A stretch of DNA of 64,000 bases from an uncultured delta proteobacterium (GTDB taxonomy: Bacteria > Desulfobacterota > Binatia > UBA9968), in NCBI GenBank assembly GCA_963760795.1, contig CAVXEP010000033.1, positions 32,001 to 96,000 of the forward strand, given 5' to 3'. The translations under genes and the position numbers were made by a program. Shown in pieces: positions 62,215 to 64,000 of the stretch. Numbering within the stretch: position 1 is the first letter of the stretch; the number at the start of each line of letters is the position of its first letter. The notes under the pieces were generated by a model. The model searched no databases. It was not told where the DNA came from and saw only the letters and a program-made list of their open reading frames with translations.

Positions 62215-63210
62215 CTATTTGAAAAACCCTTTGTCCGCCAACTCTCGCACGAAACTGGCGTCAAAGACATCATCCATCCGCAGTCCAGCTATCTTGGGAT
62301 TTCTTGGCGCCATCAAATCAAAAATCAATTTGAAGCCCTTCTCGCTCGGCAGTGGCACTTTTTCGTAGACATGATCTTTAACGTATTGCCATTGGCGCTC
62401 CAACAACTCACGGTTGGTCGTTCTTAGGTTGCGCGCGGTTATGGTGATCGATTCCTCTTTGTTCTGCTGAAAGAAACGAACGCCTCTCATATATCCCCTG
62501 ATCATCGCCAGAACGGCTTCTCGATTCGCCTGCGCGTATCTCCTGGTTGTAAATATCGCCGTAAATGGAAATTCAACACCGAGTTCAACCAGGTCGATTA
62601 CCTTATAGAGCCCGGCGCCCCCGCCAATGAAAGTCGCCCCGCCGATGTTCGCCGCATCTATGGAACCGCTGCGAAGCGCGGCGAGGCGTTCCGCAGATCC
62701 GCCGATTACAAGTTTCGCCACACTCGTTGGGTTGACACCCAAATGTTCCAGCGCAATACGGGTGGCTACTTCGTCGGACCCGCCGACCGAACCGATACCA
62801 ATCTTCTTACCAGTTAGGTCGTTTGGGCCCTTAATCGGCTGGCGCGCCACGAATGTATAATCTAAGCGGTTCATCGGTACCGCCACGATCACTGCGTCTT
62901 CCCCTGCCGCCCTTGCCGCTATCGGGCCCGCCGAGCCGGCGATGCCTACTTGCACATCGCCGGCAAGTAGCGACTGCACGCCTCGGATATTCCCTTGGAT
63001 GTAAGTGATTTCCGCTTCGACCCGTTCATCACGGAAAAACCCCTTTTCCCGCGCGATCCAGAGGGGCGCGAAATCGATGACGATGCTCGGAATGGCGATG
63101 CGCATCTTTCTTGGCGGCTCAGCTCCCTGAGCAATTTCCGATAATACCGCGCAAATCAAATAACTGATGATAGCGCTTAGATTGATGTTTTTAATTCGAC
63201 GCTTCGTCAT
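62215..63210 (-). CDS. ABC substrate-binding protein, NMT1/SsuA family (orphan)
   Basis: Signal peptide, LTGKKIGI, FDASFVRELADKGF. Confidence 0.88.
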   Translation of the reverse strand: MTKRRIKNINLSAIISYLICAVLSEIAQGAEPPRKMRIAIPSIVIDFAPLWIAREKGFFRDERVEAEITYIQGNIRGVQSLLAGDVQVGIAGSAGPIAARAAGEDAVIVAVPMNRLDYTFVARQPIKGPNDLTGKKIGIGSVGGSDEVATRIALEHLGVNPTSVAKLVIGGSAERLAALRSGSIDAANIGGATFIGGGAGLYKVIDLVELGVEFPFTAIFTTRRYAQANREAVLAMIRGYMRGVRFFQQNKEESITITARNLRTTNRELLERQWQYVKDHVYEKVPLPSEKGFKLIFDLMAPRNPKIAGLRMDDVFDASFVRELADKGFFK

Positions 63211-63426
63211 CGTGCTCCACCTCTTTTCTCGTGAAGATATCTCACCCTTGGTCCATGGGCCTTGAAATGTCCGATGGACGAGTGCTCTAATCACCTGCCT
63301 TGTGTCGATTTTAGATCAGGGTACCCCAGTTTCGCAAAAAAGAAATATTACGCCTTCTCGAATTAGTAGGAGAAGAGAGCAAATGTTAAATACAGCGTTG
63401 CAGATCTGTCACTAATCGACGCACCC

Positions 63427-64000
63427 ATGGACCGGTTGCGAACCATGCAGAGCTTTGCCGAAGTCATTCGGCTGGGTAGTTTTTCCGAAGCCGCCAAGAA
63501 GTTGGGACTTTCTCGGGCGCTGATCTCGCGTCACGTGACCGATCTCGAAAAACATCTTGGCCTTCGGCTGCTCACGAGAACGACCCGGCGGATCACTCTC
63601 ACTGAAGCTGGAGCGAAACATTTTGAGTTTTGCCAGCAGGTCATCAAAGAGATCGAAGAGAAAGAAGCGTCTCTTAAGGGTCTCCAAAAAGTGCCCGAGG
63701 GCTCACTTAAGATACTCGCGCCGAAATCTTTGACCACATTGGCTCTCGGCGACGCGATCGCTAGCTTCGCCGCGGCTCATCCGCAGCTCAATATCAACCT
63801 GATGCTCGACGATCTGTCGTTTCGCAGCTACGATTTTATCGAACGCGGATTCGATGTCGCAGTGCATACGACGCCAATTCGCGAGTCGAGCTTGGTCGCC
63901 AGAAAAATTGCCAACTTGCGTTGGCTGCTTTGCGCCTCGCCGAATTATCTCAAGCAGTATGGCGAGCCGCGTCGGCCGAGAGATCTCACGCGGCATCAAT
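63427..64000 (+). CDS. LysR-family transcriptional regulator (runs off window; absent from ORF track)
   Basis: MDRLRTMQSFAEVIRLGSFSEAAKKLGLSRALISRHVTDLEKHLGLRLLTRTTRRITLTEAG. Confidence 0.93.
   Translation, partial: MDRLRTMQSFAEVIRLGSFSEAAKKLGLSRALISRHVTDLEKHLGLRLLTRTTRRITLTEAGAKHFEFCQQVIKEIEEKEASLKGLQKVPEGSLKILAPKSLTTLALGDAIASFAAAHPQLNINLMLDDLSFRSYDFIERGFDVAVHTTPIRESSLVARKIANLRWLLCASPNYLKQYGEPRRPRDLTRHQ

Overview
GC-rich bacterial chromosome segment dominated by catabolic and transport genes. It contains six amidohydrolase_2 paralogs, seven NMT1/SsuA-type and three Fe/polyamine-type substrate-binding proteins (mostly orphan), three two-domain VOC proteins, an amidase with a small partner, two GSTs, an RND efflux operon with a TetR regulator and tandem dienelactone hydrolases. 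A LysR-associated aromatic/heterocycle catabolic cluster occupies about 49-64 kb. This gene-family profile resembles uncultured Deltaproteobacteria/Binatota MAGs (inference only). About 17 genes are broken by single-base frameshifts, most likely long-read errors, and there are a few true gene relics. No tRNA, rRNA, CRISPR array, transposase, integrase or reverse transcriptase was recognised. Best candidates for undescribed biology: (1) a STAS / RsbW-like kinase / MBL hydrolase / CHASE2-PP2C partner-switching operon facing a FecR-domain + OmpA pair, with no sigma factor or cyclase nearby; (2) a family of small palindromic elements built from 9-nt or 7-nt periodic repeats, one of which sits in frame in a signal-peptide region with a 4-bp flanking duplication; (3) the catabolic cluster with two racemase-fold proteins lacking the canonical Cys pair and a bicupin with a shifted His motif.
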